NCBI GenBank assembly: GCA_964609835.1
Contig: CAZSTH010000003.1
Location: forward strand, 10,101-74,100
Length of the DNA stretch: 64,000 nt
DNA from: an uncultured Thermoanaerobaculia bacterium
Lineage (GTDB): Bacteria > Acidobacteriota > Thermoanaerobaculia > Thermoanaerobaculales > Sulfomarinibacteraceae
Direction of reading: 5' to 3'
A program made the translations under genes and the position numbers. The stretch's first letter is position 1, and every line of letters starts with the position of its first letter. Under the pieces are notes generated by a model. It was not told the DNA's origin. It saw nothing but the letters and a program-made list of their open reading frames with translations, and ran no database searches. Shown piece by piece: positions 49,782-59,821 of this stretch.

Positions 49782-52499
49782 TCACCGGCGCGACCTACCG
49801 CCTTCCGCCGTCAGGCGGCGCAGCTCCTCGAACCAGCCGCTGACGACGTGGACGGAGGACGAGCCGCCCTCCTCCTCGGTGCGGCGCGGGAAGACGACGA
49901 ACTGCTCGCCGTCGGCGCTGACGTCGTAGTCGTAGAACAGGTAGCCGGGCACCTGCACGCCCGCCGGGCCGCCGAAGACCTCGCCGAACAACAGCTCGGG
50001 TCGTCCGGCCCGGAACTCGTCGCCGCGGGCTTCCACCGGGACCGCGTTGAGCCCTTCGCGGCTGCGGTAGAAGAGGGTCTTCGTATCCCCAGACCACAGC
50101 GGCTGCCAGCCGCCGCCGTCCGAGATCTGCCACTTGCCCGGGCCCTCGGTGGAGCGCACGTAGATCTCCGAGCCGCCGGTTTCGTTGGAACGATAGGCGA
50201 TCCACCGGCCGTCGGGCGAGAAGTGGCCATCGCTCTCGTCGAAAGGCGTCGAGAGGTACGGCTCGGGCTCGCCGGAGCCGTCCGCGGGGACGAGCAGGAG
50301 GTCGTCCGAGCCGTTCGATCCCGGCGTCGTCACGATCAAGTTGCTGCCGTCGGGCGACCAGCTCAGCGGCGCCGGAAACTCGATCGTGCCCGGTTCGGTC
50401 AGCTGCTCCGCTTCGCCGGTACCGTCGCTGCGGGTGCGGTAGGTCGCGACCTGACCGTCCGCACGATCGGAGGCGAAGGCCACCCAGCGCCCGTCCGGAG
50501 ACCACACGGGATCGGCGTCGTAGCCGTCCTCGAAGGTGAGGCGCGTGGCGACCTGGCGCTCGATGTCATAGACCCAGACGTCCCAGTTATCGCCGCGTTG
50601 GACCGACACCGCCAGCCGGTCTCCGCCGGGCGACAGCCTCGGGGTGCCGTAGATGCCTTCGTCGTCCCACAGGCTCTCAAGGCGTCCGGAATGGTCCGCC
50701 CACGAGACCGGGAAGGGGTTCAGCTGGTCCGTGCCTGGCCGGTAGACCAACAGGCCGGTGTCCGAGACGTGGTAGTGGGCCTCGCCCCCGGGCGGGAACG
50801 AGGCGACCCCCTCGAGCACCGGCATCGGCGACCCGGTGCGCTCGAGCCGCCCGGCGTCGTACGGCATCGCGAACACGGCGTCGCCGTCGACGAACAGCAC
50901 GTGGCCGGTGGGGATGTAGCGGCCGTAGAAGCCGCCCTCGTGGAGCACGCTCCGCTCGCCGCTTTCGACCTCGACGACCTCGAGGCGGGTGCCCGACGGA
51001 TCGACGGTGGTGAAGAGCACGGCACCATCGCCGGGGAGCCACTGCGGATAGCGGTGGCTCTCGAAGCCCTCCTCCTCGGGGACGGACGTCAGTGGCACGA
51101 CGTCGCCGCCGGCCGCCGGCACGATCGACAGCCCTCCGTTCGATTGTGCCGCAAAGACGATCCGTCCGTCCGCGCTCCAGCTCCCGCCGCGCGGCATCTC
51201 GGTCTCGGCGAGGGTGATCGGCGAGCCGCCGGTGACCGGCACCTTCTTGAGCTCGGCGACCGTGAAGAAGCCGAGCCACGTGTTGTCCGGGGAGAAGAAG
51301 GGGTTGTGCGGCCAGTCTCGGGCTTGCCCGACGGCCACCTGCAGGCTCTCGAGCCGGTCGATGGACCGCAGGTACAGTGCACCGCCCCCGTCGACGGCGG
51401 TCTGGAAGGCCAGGTAGCGGCCGTCGGGCGAGGGCACCGCGGCGGCGCCGCGGGCGCCGAACAGCGGCTCCTCGCCGAGCTCGGCGGCGAAGCGCTGTAC
51501 CGGCGGTGGCGCCTGCGCCTGCGAACCTAGAAAGAGGCTTCCCAATCCGAGGCCGATGAGGCCCGCGACGGCGGCCGCGGTCCACGGCAGCCAGCCCGTC
51601 CGCGACCCCGCTGCCTCGACCGGCTCCTCCTCGGGGTTTTCCATCCATTCCTCGAGCGCGATGCGCGCCTCGCCGATCGACTGCAGGCGGCGGGTCGGGT
51701 CCTTCTGCAGGCAGCGTTCGAGCAGGCGGCGGATGCGCATCGGCACCGACGAGGGGAGCTGGTCGATGTCCGGCTCCTTGTGGACCACGGCGCCGATGAC
51801 GTCGGTGGCGGTCTCGCCGGTGAACAGCCGTTGCCCGGTCACCATCTCGTACAGGATGCAACCGAAGGCCCAGATGTCGGCCCGCCGGTCGACCGGCCTG
51901 CCGCGCGCCTGCTCGGGGCTCATGTACCCCGCCGTGCCGAGCAGCATCCCGATGCCCGTCATCGCCTTGGTCATGGTCGGCGACAGCGACAGATCCTGGT
52001 CGACCGGATCCCCGGACAGCGGGTCTCCGGTCAGTGCCTTGGCGAGGCCGAAGTCGAGCACCTTTATGTTGCCGTCGGGCGTGATGTTCACGTTGGCCGG
52101 TTTGAGATCCCGGTGGATCACGCCTTTCTGGTGCGCCGCCTCCACCGCCTCGGCAATCTGCTTGGCGATGCGCACCACCTCGTCGATCGGCATCGGGCCG
52201 CGCTGGATTCTCGCGTCCAGCGTCTCGCCGTCCACCAGCTCCATCACCAGGAAGCGCTGGCCGTCGACCTCCTCGAGGCCGTGGATGCCGGCGATGTTCG
52301 GGTGGGAGAGCGACGCCAGCACGCGGGCCTCGCGCTCGAAACGTGCCAGGCGGTCGGGATCCTGCGCGAAGACCTCGGGCAGCATTTTGAGCGCCACCTC
52401 GCGGCCCAGCTTGGTGTCCTCGGCGCGCCACACCTCGCCCATTCCGCCCTCGCCGAGCTTCGAAGTCACCGTGTACTGCGCAAGACTGCTGCCGATCAT
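49782..52499 (-). CDS. Ser/Thr protein kinase with TM segment and C-terminal TolB-like (PD40/WD40) beta-propeller
   Basis: Kinase motifs GEGGMGEVW, VALK, HRDLKPAN, DFG, SPE. A long C-terminus with repeated SPDG/WSPDG propeller blades. Confidence 0.9.
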   Translation of the reverse strand: MIGSSLAQYTVTSKLGEGGMGEVWRAEDTKLGREVALKMLPEVFAQDPDRLARFEREARVLASLSHPNIAGIHGLEEVDGQRFLVMELVDGETLDARIQRGPMPIDEVVRIAKQIAEAVEAAHQKGVIHRDLKPANVNITPDGNIKVLDFGLAKALTGDPLSGDPVDQDLSLSPTMTKAMTGIGMLLGTAGYMSPEQARGRPVDRRADIWAFGCILYEMVTGQRLFTGETATDVIGAVVHKEPDIDQLPSSVPMRIRRLLERCLQKDPTRRLQSIGEARIALEEWMENPEEEPVEAAGSRTGWLPWTAAAVAGLIGLGLGSLFLGSQAQAPPPVQRFAAELGEEPLFGARGAAAVPSPDGRYLAFQTAVDGGGALYLRSIDRLESLQVAVGQARDWPHNPFFSPDNTWLGFFTVAELKKVPVTGGSPITLAETEMPRGGSWSADGRIVFAAQSNGGLSIVPAAGGDVVPLTSVPEEEGFESHRYPQWLPGDGAVLFTTVDPSGTRLEVVEVESGERSVLHEGGFYGRYIPTGHVLFVDGDAVFAMPYDAGRLERTGSPMPVLEGVASFPPGGEAHYHVSDTGLLVYRPGTDQLNPFPVSWADHSGRLESLWDDEGIYGTPRLSPGGDRLAVSVQRGDNWDVWVYDIERQVATRLTFEDGYDADPVWSPDGRWVAFASDRADGQVATYRTRSDGTGEAEQLTEPGTIEFPAPLSWSPDGSNLIVTTPGSNGSDDLLLVPADGSGEPEPYLSTPFDESDGHFSPDGRWIAYRSNETGGSEIYVRSTEGPGKWQISDGGGWQPLWSGDTKTLFYRSREGLNAVPVEARGDEFRAGRPELLFGEVFGGPAGVQVPGYLFYDYDVSADGEQFVVFPRRTEEEGGSSSVHVVSGWFEELRRLTAEGGRSRR

Positions 52500-52827
52500 G
52501 CCGACCCCCCGGTGTCCGCCGCCGCGGGCAGTGGATAAAGCTGTCGTCTACCTGAGCAGACTTGGTCCCAAACCCCGCGGTGCCAGAAATATTCCTCGCG
52601 GTGGACGACTCGTGCAGACTGGTGCTGGCCGGAGGCCCGCACGACGAAGGCGGTCGCTCGAATCAGTGGCGAGACGTCCATAAATACGGAGATCGGTGCC
52701 CGGCACCTTTCTTTCCCTTTCCGACACGACCGTCGCTCTGCTCAGAATGGCGGGTGGGCCTCGAGGGGGGTGGTGGCCGCCGCCCGGTCGGGATGGTGGG
52801 TTTCGCGGGTCATCCCAGGCGGGCGCC

Positions 52828-54438
52828 TCAGTCTTCTTCCCAGAACTCCTTCACCTCGTCGTCCAGGCCGGTCATCTCCCATCTGATGAGGGAGATCGGG
52901 ATCATGCCGGTGGCGAGGAATTGGTCGTGGAAGTCCTCGAGGCTGAACTCGTCGCCGAGCTGCATCGCCCGTTCGGCGAGGAGCTGGTCGATCTGCACCT
53001 TGCCCATCTGGTAGCTGATGCCGTAGCCGGGCTCGCGGAGGTAGATCTCGGCGTCGACGCGGGCGACGTCGTCGTCCATCATCGGGGTGCGATCGACCAT
53101 GAAGCGCGCGGCCTCCCGGATGGTGTACTCGTTGGTGTGGAGCCCGACCTCGGCGCGGTTTCGCGCGGCGCGCGCGATCTGGAAGATGTAGAAGAGCTCG
53201 CGCGTCCTCGGCAGGTCGTCGAGCAGGCCCGCCTGCAGGAACATCTCCTCCAGGTAGGTCGCCCAGCCCTCGATGCGGCCGGGGTCGTAATAGGGCCCGC
53301 GGATGGGCCGCGCGTCGCGCTCCTTGATCGCCATGTCGAAGCGGTGGCCGGGGATGACGGCGTGCACGTGGTCGGGTCGGGGATCGCGGTACTGGACCTC
53401 CTCCCAGAAGTTCCTCTTCCCTCCGGGCCGCTCGATCCAGGGCACGTTGTGGCCGAACTCGCCAATGTTGGGGGGAACGGTCAAGATCTCCTCGTCGCGG
53501 ATGAAGCGGCGGATCTGCTCGTCCGCTTCTCGAATCTTCTCCGCGTAGTCTCCGGCGTTCGCGGCCGGCTCGAGAGGCGGCAGTTCGCGGTTTTTGTTGA
53601 GCTCGAGGGCGAGGAAGGCCCAGCTCCGCTGCAGCTCGCGGTCCCCGACGACGGCGATGTCCTGGATGGTGAAGGGCATGTAGAGGACGTGCTTCAGGTA
53701 CCAGTCGTAGTGCTCGCGACCGATGCCGGCCGGAGCGTCCATCTCGCTGTCCTCGAGCCAGTCGCGGAATCCGATGACCGCGTCGAGCGCCGCCTCGGCC
53801 GTCGGCACCAGGTCCGGGTGGTGCTGTCCGAGGCGCTGGATGAGGTCCCGGTACCAGCCGATGACGCCAGCCGGAGCGACCTTGCGGTAGGGGTGGCCGT
53901 GGCCCACGCCGTCGTGGTGCTGGAGATCCCGGAGCGCCGTCTTCCGGAACTCACCTGCGCCCTCGGTGAGGTTGGCTGTGGCCTGGCTGAGGAAGGCGGG
54001 CACCATCTCGAGCCTGCTCCCGAGCTCCGCAAGCTCGTCAACGCTCGCCGGAAGCTCGGTAAACGCCACTCTCATCACGGAGCCGACGTAGACCCCGGGG
54101 TCGCGCGCCCACGGCCGCAGCACGCGGTGCGAGAAATCGAGCTGGTTGAGCTCAGCGCGCACCAGCAGGTAGTCCACCTGCTGCGGGACCGGCCAGCCAC
54201 CGGGGTCGATTGCCTCGAACCGGTTGAAGAAGCCGCGGAGGACCTGCTGCTGCGCCGCAGTGACCTCCCGCCGGTAGTCGGGGAAGCCTCCTACGGTCAC
54301 CGGCTCGCGGAGCTCGAGAATTTCCTGGTTGAGCGTGACCAGCGCCTGATAGCCATCGCTCTGCGCTCCGACCTCGAAGGCCACGAAACTCTGCAGCACC
54401 CAAGCAACTCCCACCAGGACGATCATTCCGTGTCGCAT
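52828..54438 (-). CDS. DUF885-family secreted protein
   Basis: AAGGGAG RBS before the ATG at 54438. Signal peptide. Conserved HExxPGH-like region (HAVIPGHRFD) and GWATYLEE. Confidence 0.75.
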   Translation of the reverse strand: MRHGMIVLVGVAWVLQSFVAFEVGAQSDGYQALVTLNQEILELREPVTVGGFPDYRREVTAAQQQVLRGFFNRFEAIDPGGWPVPQQVDYLLVRAELNQLDFSHRVLRPWARDPGVYVGSVMRVAFTELPASVDELAELGSRLEMVPAFLSQATANLTEGAGEFRKTALRDLQHHDGVGHGHPYRKVAPAGVIGWYRDLIQRLGQHHPDLVPTAEAALDAVIGFRDWLEDSEMDAPAGIGREHYDWYLKHVLYMPFTIQDIAVVGDRELQRSWAFLALELNKNRELPPLEPAANAGDYAEKIREADEQIRRFIRDEEILTVPPNIGEFGHNVPWIERPGGKRNFWEEVQYRDPRPDHVHAVIPGHRFDMAIKERDARPIRGPYYDPGRIEGWATYLEEMFLQAGLLDDLPRTRELFYIFQIARAARNRAEVGLHTNEYTIREAARFMVDRTPMMDDDVARVDAEIYLREPGYGISYQMGKVQIDQLLAERAMQLGDEFSLEDFHDQFLATGMIPISLIRWEMTGLDDEVKEFWEED

Positions 54439-54683
54439 CGCAATCTCCCTTCCGGATACCAGGGTGCCACGGGCGATGCGGCTGTGCCAGGCGTCCAGCC
54501 CGATCGGTGAAAAGGTCGAAACCAAACCGCTGGCCGCGTCAAGTCGGGGTACGGCGAGGACGTACTGCCGGTCGCCCGGCACAGGGCGGTGATCGGGTCG
54601 TCGTCGCGGCAGGCCGGCGGAGGGCAAGGATCTCCGTCCACGAGCCTAGGTGTTTTCTTTGGATATGTAATTCTAACTAATGG

Positions 54684-54725
54684 TATAATGACATTGTCAG
54701 AAAGAGCAATGTCTTTTGACAATGT
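54684..54725 (+). promoter_or_regulatory. TATAAT box followed by inverted repeats upstream of the DUF1810 gene
   Basis: TATAAT at 54684-89 in a conspicuously AT-rich patch. GACATTGTCA (54690-99) pairs with TGACAATGT (54717-25). A third half-site, GCAATGTC, is at 54706-13. Confidence 0.5.
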
Positions 54726-54844
54726 GTCGAGGCCCGCGAAGTGGGCGAGAGTCGTTCGGGGAGTTGCGATGGGATGCCGGCGGCAAGTGATGGGAAGCAG
54801 CGGGGCCCTACCTGCTGAGGGTCCTGCGGGTTGAGGGTCGTGCG

Positions 54845-55294
54845 ATGGCGGACCCCTTCAACCTCCAGCGGTTCGTCGATGCACAGGAGCGGGAGTACGA
54901 GTTCGTGCTCGAGGAGCTGCGGGCCGGCCAGAAGCTGACCCACTGGATGTGGTTCGTGTTCCCCCAGGTCATCGGTCTCGGCTACAGCCCGATGTCGGTG
55001 AGGTACGCCATCACCTCGCTCGAGGAGGCGCAGGCCTACCTCGAGCACTCGGTGCTCGGCACGAGGCTGGAGGAGTGCACGCGGCTGGTGCTCCGGATCG
55101 ACGGTTGTACCGTCGAGGAGATCTTCGGTTACCCGGACTTCTATAAGTTCCGCTCCTGCATGACCCTGTTCGCCGCCTGCACCCCGGGCAACGGCATTTT
55201 CCGCGACGCCCTCGACGCGTTCTTCGAAGGCGAGCCCGACGAGACCACGATCAGCATCCTCGGTGGGATGGAGTCGGCCTCTCGCGACTCCTGA
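54845..55294 (+). CDS. DUF1810-family protein
   Basis: FNLQRFVDAQ...ELRAGQKLTHWMWFVFPQ...GLGYS... Confidence 0.8.
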   Translation: MADPFNLQRFVDAQEREYEFVLEELRAGQKLTHWMWFVFPQVIGLGYSPMSVRYAITSLEEAQAYLEHSVLGTRLEECTRLVLRIDGCTVEEIFGYPDFYKFRSCMTLFAACTPGNGIFRDALDAFFEGEPDETTISILGGMESASRDS

Positions 55295-55312
55295 GGCGCG
55301 CGAGGCAGGAGA

Positions 55313-55393
55313 TCACTGCGTCATCAGAAGGCCTGCCGGTGGTCGATCCGCCTTCGTTCGGCGATACACGATCTTTTCGTGATGACGCAGTGA
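55313..55393. repeat. 14-bp perfect inverted repeat with a 53-nt spacer between convergent genes
   Basis: TCACTGCGTCATCA (55313-26) and TGATGACGCAGTGA (55380-93). A nested GAAGGC/GCCTTC stem lies inside. Confidence 0.8.
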
Positions 55394-55429
55394 ATCACTG
55401 GCTGCGCGGGGTGGCGGTCAGCTGGCCGG

Positions 55430-56494
55430 TCAGTCCTCGGTCGGTCTGGGGATCGCGTCGGTGAGGTGCCGGCCGACTGCGGCAAGGGCCTGCTCGAGAG
55501 CGGTGGTGCCGCCGACGGGCTCTGAGCGCGGCACGTTGTCGCCATAGAAGACCATCGCCACGCGGTCGGCGACCATGATCGGGATCGCGACTCCCTCGCT
55601 TGGCCACTCGCCGCCGAGGGTGTGCATCAGCCTGGTGTTGGCGCGCACATGGTCGGGGACACCACGGATGACCTCCCGCTCCTTGGCGGCTGCCGTCACC
55701 AGGCAGTACTCGTCCATCTGGAACCGCAGATTCCGGATCCTCTCGCTGGGGGGAGCGATGGTCTCCTCGAGCCCGAAGTGGCCCAGCCCCTGCGCGCTGT
55801 GCTCGTGGACCACGAACAGCACTCCTCGGGCGAGGGTCTTGGCGCCCGCCCTGAGGATCTCGCGCAGGGTCTCGGCGGTCAGCGCGGGTCCCGCCACCTC
55901 GGCCATGATCTGGGCCATGGTGGCGCGCTTCGTGGGTTCGGGCGCGGCCTCGGCTTCGGCCTCGGCCTCGGGCTCCGGTTCCTTGGTGGCCTCGTCGAGA
56001 GCGCGCGCGGCGTCGAGAGCGATGCTGCGGGTGTCGAGCGCGGCGCCGACCATGAAGTCGCGGGCGTCGACCTCGAACTTCCCGAACTCCTCGATCTCCA
56101 GGTTTCGGAACCGGAAGAAGCCGCTCTTCCAATCGAAGATGTCGCGCACCACGCGGCCGACCTGGACCCCGAGGACCTGCTGGATGCCCTCCTCCTTCAT
56201 CGCCATCATGTCGATCAGGATCTCGCCGAGGCGCTTCTCCTCCTTCGACCGGTGCTGCTCGTCGAGCGCCTTCTCGAGCTGGAAGTGATTGATCAGCCCG
56301 AGGTTGAGCGCGATGCTGCCGAAGGTCTCGCGAATCGAGCTCGAGGCCGCGTAGACGATCTTGCCCTCGCGGAAGACGATGATCGCCTCCTGGGTGCCGG
56401 TCGTGTAGTGGAGCTTGCCGGTCTTCATCGAGTCCGCGATGTAGACCATGGTCTCCGCCGGCGCGAGATCCTCCAGCTTTCCGACCAGCGCCAT
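55430..56494 (-). CDS. DUF4388-domain protein with acidic linker and GAF-like C-terminal domain
   Basis: N-terminus MALVGKLEDLAPAETMVYIADSMKTGKLHY...IVFREGKIVYA is the DUF4388 (PatA-N-like) signature. Confidence 0.7.
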   Translation of the reverse strand: MALVGKLEDLAPAETMVYIADSMKTGKLHYTTGTQEAIIVFREGKIVYAASSSIRETFGSIALNLGLINHFQLEKALDEQHRSKEEKRLGEILIDMMAMKEEGIQQVLGVQVGRVVRDIFDWKSGFFRFRNLEIEEFGKFEVDARDFMVGAALDTRSIALDAARALDEATKEPEPEAEAEAEAAPEPTKRATMAQIMAEVAGPALTAETLREILRAGAKTLARGVLFVVHEHSAQGLGHFGLEETIAPPSERIRNLRFQMDEYCLVTAAAKEREVIRGVPDHVRANTRLMHTLGGEWPSEGVAIPIMVADRVAMVFYGDNVPRSEPVGGTTALEQALAAVGRHLTDAIPRPTED

Positions 56495-56680
56495 GCTTGG
56501 GCCTCCACTCCTCCATGGGCGGCGCGGCGATCGCGGCCCGCCGCGTACCACTTTACGCCATTCGAAGCGTGATGGGATCGGGTTCGGGGCGCGCATTCGA
56601 TTTCACGGAGTGGGCTCCTCCCCTGGAAGGCCGGGATCATTTCTCGCGCTCGGAGCCCGAGGGTCTTCCGCGAAACGCGG

Positions 56681-57709
56681 TCAGAACTGCAGCGTCATCA
56701 TGGTGACGCCGTGCTTCATGCTCTGGTCCATGGGCGAGGTGGGACCCTTGTAGCGCTCGGGAACCGCGTCCCAGCCTTCGAAGATGCTGCCCTGGACAAC
56801 GATGCGCTGCTTCTCGGGCAGCGCCTCGGGCTCCTCGCCGAAGACGTCGTAGACCGAGCCCGGTAGCAGCGGCGTGACGTGGTCGCCCAGCGCCACCAGC
56901 TCGTCGAGGCCGTCGCCGTCCACGTCAGCGCGAATCCAGGCCACCTGCAGGATCTCGGAGTAGGTGCCGTCGGCCAGCATGGCGCGGATCTCGCTGTTGA
57001 AGCGCTCCATGATCTCCTCGGCACCGGGGAGGTCGCGGCGGAGGACGAAGTGGAGCGTGCGGCGGGCAAGTGTCCGGGAGCCGATCTCGAGGACGGAGGA
57101 GGCCTCGTCGGGCTGGTAGGTCATCAGGTAGCGCGCCACCAGCTCGTCCACCAGCATGTAGTCGACCTCACCGGCCAGCAGTTTGTCGAGGCTGTCCTGG
57201 TCGTTTGTGGAGTTGACGAAGTAGACGCCGACCGCGTTGTCCACCGTGTCGCCGTAGGCGTAGCGGCCGACCGCGGCGACCCGTTTGCCGGTGAGGTCGG
57301 AGAGCTCGGTGGCCGAGACGTCCGAGCCCTTGCGCCCGACCAGCACCAGCCGGTTCTCGAGGTACGGCACCGAGAAGAGCAGCAGTTCGGCGCGCTGATC
57401 GTTGCGCCACATGGCGGCGCTGCCGTCCCAGTCGCCGCTGCGGAGGCCGTTCTCCACCTCTCGCCACTCGACGATCGAGGTCGAGGACTCGACGCCCGCC
57501 CGCTCGAGGGCGGTTTGCACCAGGTCGACGGCGACGCACGCCAACTCCGGCTTGTTGGTGAAGGGTGGCCACCGGTCGGAGGCAAGCTCGAGACTGCGTG
57601 GCTCCTGTGCCGCCGCCCCAGCCGGCAGGACAGCCACGCTCAGTACGGTCGCGAGCGCGGCTCGGATCACGGATCCAGCAACTTCCGTTCGGGGTCGCAT
57701 CGAAATCAT
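56681..57709 (-). CDS. family-3 periplasmic solute-binding protein with about 90-aa C-terminal extension
   Basis: Signal peptide. The SBP_bac_3 pattern (WPPFTN..., GDWDG..., RVAAVGRYAYGD) is followed by a DGDG-containing tail. GAGGAT RBS. Confidence 0.7.
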   Translation of the reverse strand: MISMRPRTEVAGSVIRAALATVLSVAVLPAGAAAQEPRSLELASDRWPPFTNKPELACVAVDLVQTALERAGVESSTSIVEWREVENGLRSGDWDGSAAMWRNDQRAELLLFSVPYLENRLVLVGRKGSDVSATELSDLTGKRVAAVGRYAYGDTVDNAVGVYFVNSTNDQDSLDKLLAGEVDYMLVDELVARYLMTYQPDEASSVLEIGSRTLARRTLHFVLRRDLPGAEEIMERFNSEIRAMLADGTYSEILQVAWIRADVDGDGLDELVALGDHVTPLLPGSVYDVFGEEPEALPEKQRIVVQGSIFEGWDAVPERYKGPTSPMDQSMKHGVTMMTLQF

Positions 57710-57824
57710 GGCCCATCCTCCAGTCGTGTCGCGTGCGGGCGTTCGAAGCAGTGTATTCGTTTTGTCGAACCTTTGCCGGGAGGTTACCGATTCCTGGATT
57801 CTCGCCTGGGTTACAGTGGTGCCC

Positions 57825-58124
57825 ATGATCGAACGCATCGTGTTGCTGCAGATGAAGCCGGACTTCGAATCCCGCGAAGCGTTGGAGGCGGTGGCCGCAC
57901 GCTCCCGTGAGTTGCTTCCGGCGCTGCCGGGCGTGCTCGAGTGCCACGTTGGCCTGGCGGCCGACGAACGCACCGCCGACTCGTGGCACGTGGCGCTGGT
58001 GCTGCGGTTCGCGAAGGCGGAGGACCTCCCGCCGTACGCCGCCCACCCGGACCACCGCGCCTACGTCGACACCTACCTGCGTCCGAAGCTGGCGAGCATC
58101 GTCGCCCACAACTTCGAGATCTGA
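57825..58124 (+). CDS. Dabb (stress-responsive alpha/beta-barrel) family protein
   Basis: MIERIVLLQMKPD...HVALVLRFAKAEDLPPYAAHPDHRAYV. Confidence 0.75.
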   Translation: MIERIVLLQMKPDFESREALEAVAARSRELLPALPGVLECHVGLAADERTADSWHVALVLRFAKAEDLPPYAAHPDHRAYVDTYLRPKLASIVAHNFEI

Positions 58125-58130
58125 ACCGCA

Positions 58131-58174
58131 ATTCTGCCGTCTTGGGCCCTCGGCTCGAGACGGCAGAATTTTTG
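58131..58174 (+). terminator. rho-independent terminator
   Basis: 12-bp perfect stem ATTCTGCCGTCT / AGACGGCAGAAT followed by TTTTT, 7 nt after the Dabb stop. Confidence 0.85.
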
Positions 58175-58270
58175 CCTCTCTCCAGTTCGAACCGGATGGG
58201 TTGCGGCGTGCACCTCGGGGTCGGATCAGCTGGTTGGTTCTGGTGGTGCGGCCGTCCCGGCCGCACGCCG

Positions 58271-59041
58271 TCAGTGATGGGGGTCGGCGTGGGGCACCAG
58301 CGAGTGCGGGCGCTCGAGGCCGTGGCGCTCCATCAGGGAAACGTCGTTCATGATCCCCGCCGACGGCCCGTCCGCCACCACCCGGCCGTCGTCGAGAAGT
58401 ACCGCCCGGGGGCAGACCTCGAGGATCATCTCGAGATCGTGCGACGCGACGAGCCGCGCCCGCGACGAGCCCTGCAGGAAGCGGATCAGCCGCCGCCGCG
58501 AGCGGATGTCGAGATTGGCGGTGGGCTCGTCGTAGATCACGAGCCGGGGCCGCATGGCGAGCACGGTGGCGATCGAGACCATGCGCTTCTCGCCGCCCGA
58601 CAGGTGGTGCGGCGCGCAGCCTTCGATGTCGCTGACGCCGGTGGCCGCCACCGCCTCGGCGACCCGCGCCCGCACCTCCTGAGGCGGCAGACCGAGGTTG
58701 CGGGGCCCAAAGGCCAGGTCCTCGGCGACGGTCGGGCAGAAGAGCTGGTGGTCGGGATTCTGGAAGACCAGCCCGACCTCGGGGCGGTAGCTGCCCGGCC
58801 GCACCGGCTCGTCGAAGAGCCGGATCGAGCCGCCGGAGGGCGCGACCACGCCGCACACCGCGAGAAACAGGGTCGTCTTGCCGGCGCCGTTCGGCCCGAT
58901 CACGCCGACGTGCTCGCCCTCGCGGAGGGCGAGGTTAACGCCGCGCAGGACTTCGGGCCGGTCCGGGTAGGCGACCGCGAGGTTCTTGACCTCGAGAATC
59001 GCGCTGCCGTTGATCACGTGCGGTGCCGTCACGGCGTTCAT
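58271..59041 (-). CDS. cbiO: energy-coupling-factor type Ni/Co transporter ATPase
   Basis: GPNGAGKTT, LSGGEKRMVSIA, VIYDEPTANLD. Last gene of the cbiM operon. Confidence 0.85.
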   Translation of the reverse strand: MNAVTAPHVINGSAILEVKNLAVAYPDRPEVLRGVNLALREGEHVGVIGPNGAGKTTLFLAVCGVVAPSGGSIRLFDEPVRPGSYRPEVGLVFQNPDHQLFCPTVAEDLAFGPRNLGLPPQEVRARVAEAVAATGVSDIEGCAPHHLSGGEKRMVSIATVLAMRPRLVIYDEPTANLDIRSRRRLIRFLQGSSRARLVASHDLEMILEVCPRAVLLDDGRVVADGPSAGIMNDVSLMERHGLERPHSLVPHADPHH

Positions 59042-59042
59042 C

Positions 59043-59819
59043 CTATCCCGCGCCGCCGGTGAGCAGGAGCTCGGCGATCAGGAACGCGGTCCCCGCCACC
59101 ACACCGGCGGCCGCGAAGGCAACGTCCCGTACGTCCGGCCGCGCTGCGTCGGCGACCGGCGCCCGGCTCGCGTAGCCGCGCAGGATCATGGCTCGGTGCA
59201 CGTGCTCGGCACGCGCGTGGCTCGACACGAACAAACTGCCGAGCAGCTCCCCGATCCGAAGCGCGGTGCTGCCCGACAGGTGCCGCCAGCGCAGCCCGCG
59301 CAGGCCGGCGGCGGTGCGCATCATCTGGAGATCGTTGCCGATCTCGTGGATCGCCCGGTAGGAGAAGAGCGACATGTCGGCAATCAACGACGGCAGGCCG
59401 AGGCGCTGCATGGCGACCACGTTGACCGGCAGCGGCGCGACGCCGAACAGCACCACCGCGGTGCTGCCGATCGCCCCGAACTTGGCGACTATGATCGCGA
59501 ACCGGCGCAGCCCGTCGGCGTGAATCGCGAGCGGCCCGAGCTGCCACAGCTCCGGGCCGCTGCCGACCAGCGGCAGCATCACGCCGAGGACCAACAGGAA
59601 GAGCAGCGCGGCCCGCAACCTCATGGCCACGAAGCCCGCGGGCAGACGTGAGGCGGCCACGATCAGTGTGGCGGTGGCCAGCATGGGCGGCATAAGCAGC
59701 GGCGACCGTGCGATTGCGAAGCCAACGATCAACGCGCCGAGACCGATGATGCGGCAGCGCGGCTCGAGCCGGTGGAGCGGCGCGTCGAGGCTCGAGTGCC
59801 GGTCGAGGTCGAGGACCAT
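59043..59819 (-). CDS. cbiQ: Ni/Co transporter transmembrane component
   Basis: CbiQ/EcfT-like TM pattern with a conserved Arg-rich loop (AMILRGY). Start 2 nt after the cbiM stop. Confidence 0.75.
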   Translation of the reverse strand: MVLDLDRHSSLDAPLHRLEPRCRIIGLGALIVGFAIARSPLLMPPMLATATLIVAASRLPAGFVAMRLRAALLFLLVLGVMLPLVGSGPELWQLGPLAIHADGLRRFAIIVAKFGAIGSTAVVLFGVAPLPVNVVAMQRLGLPSLIADMSLFSYRAIHEIGNDLQMMRTAAGLRGLRWRHLSGSTALRIGELLGSLFVSSHARAEHVHRAMILRGYASRAPVADAARPDVRDVAFAAAGVVAGTAFLIAELLLTGGAG

Positions 59820-59821
59820 CG

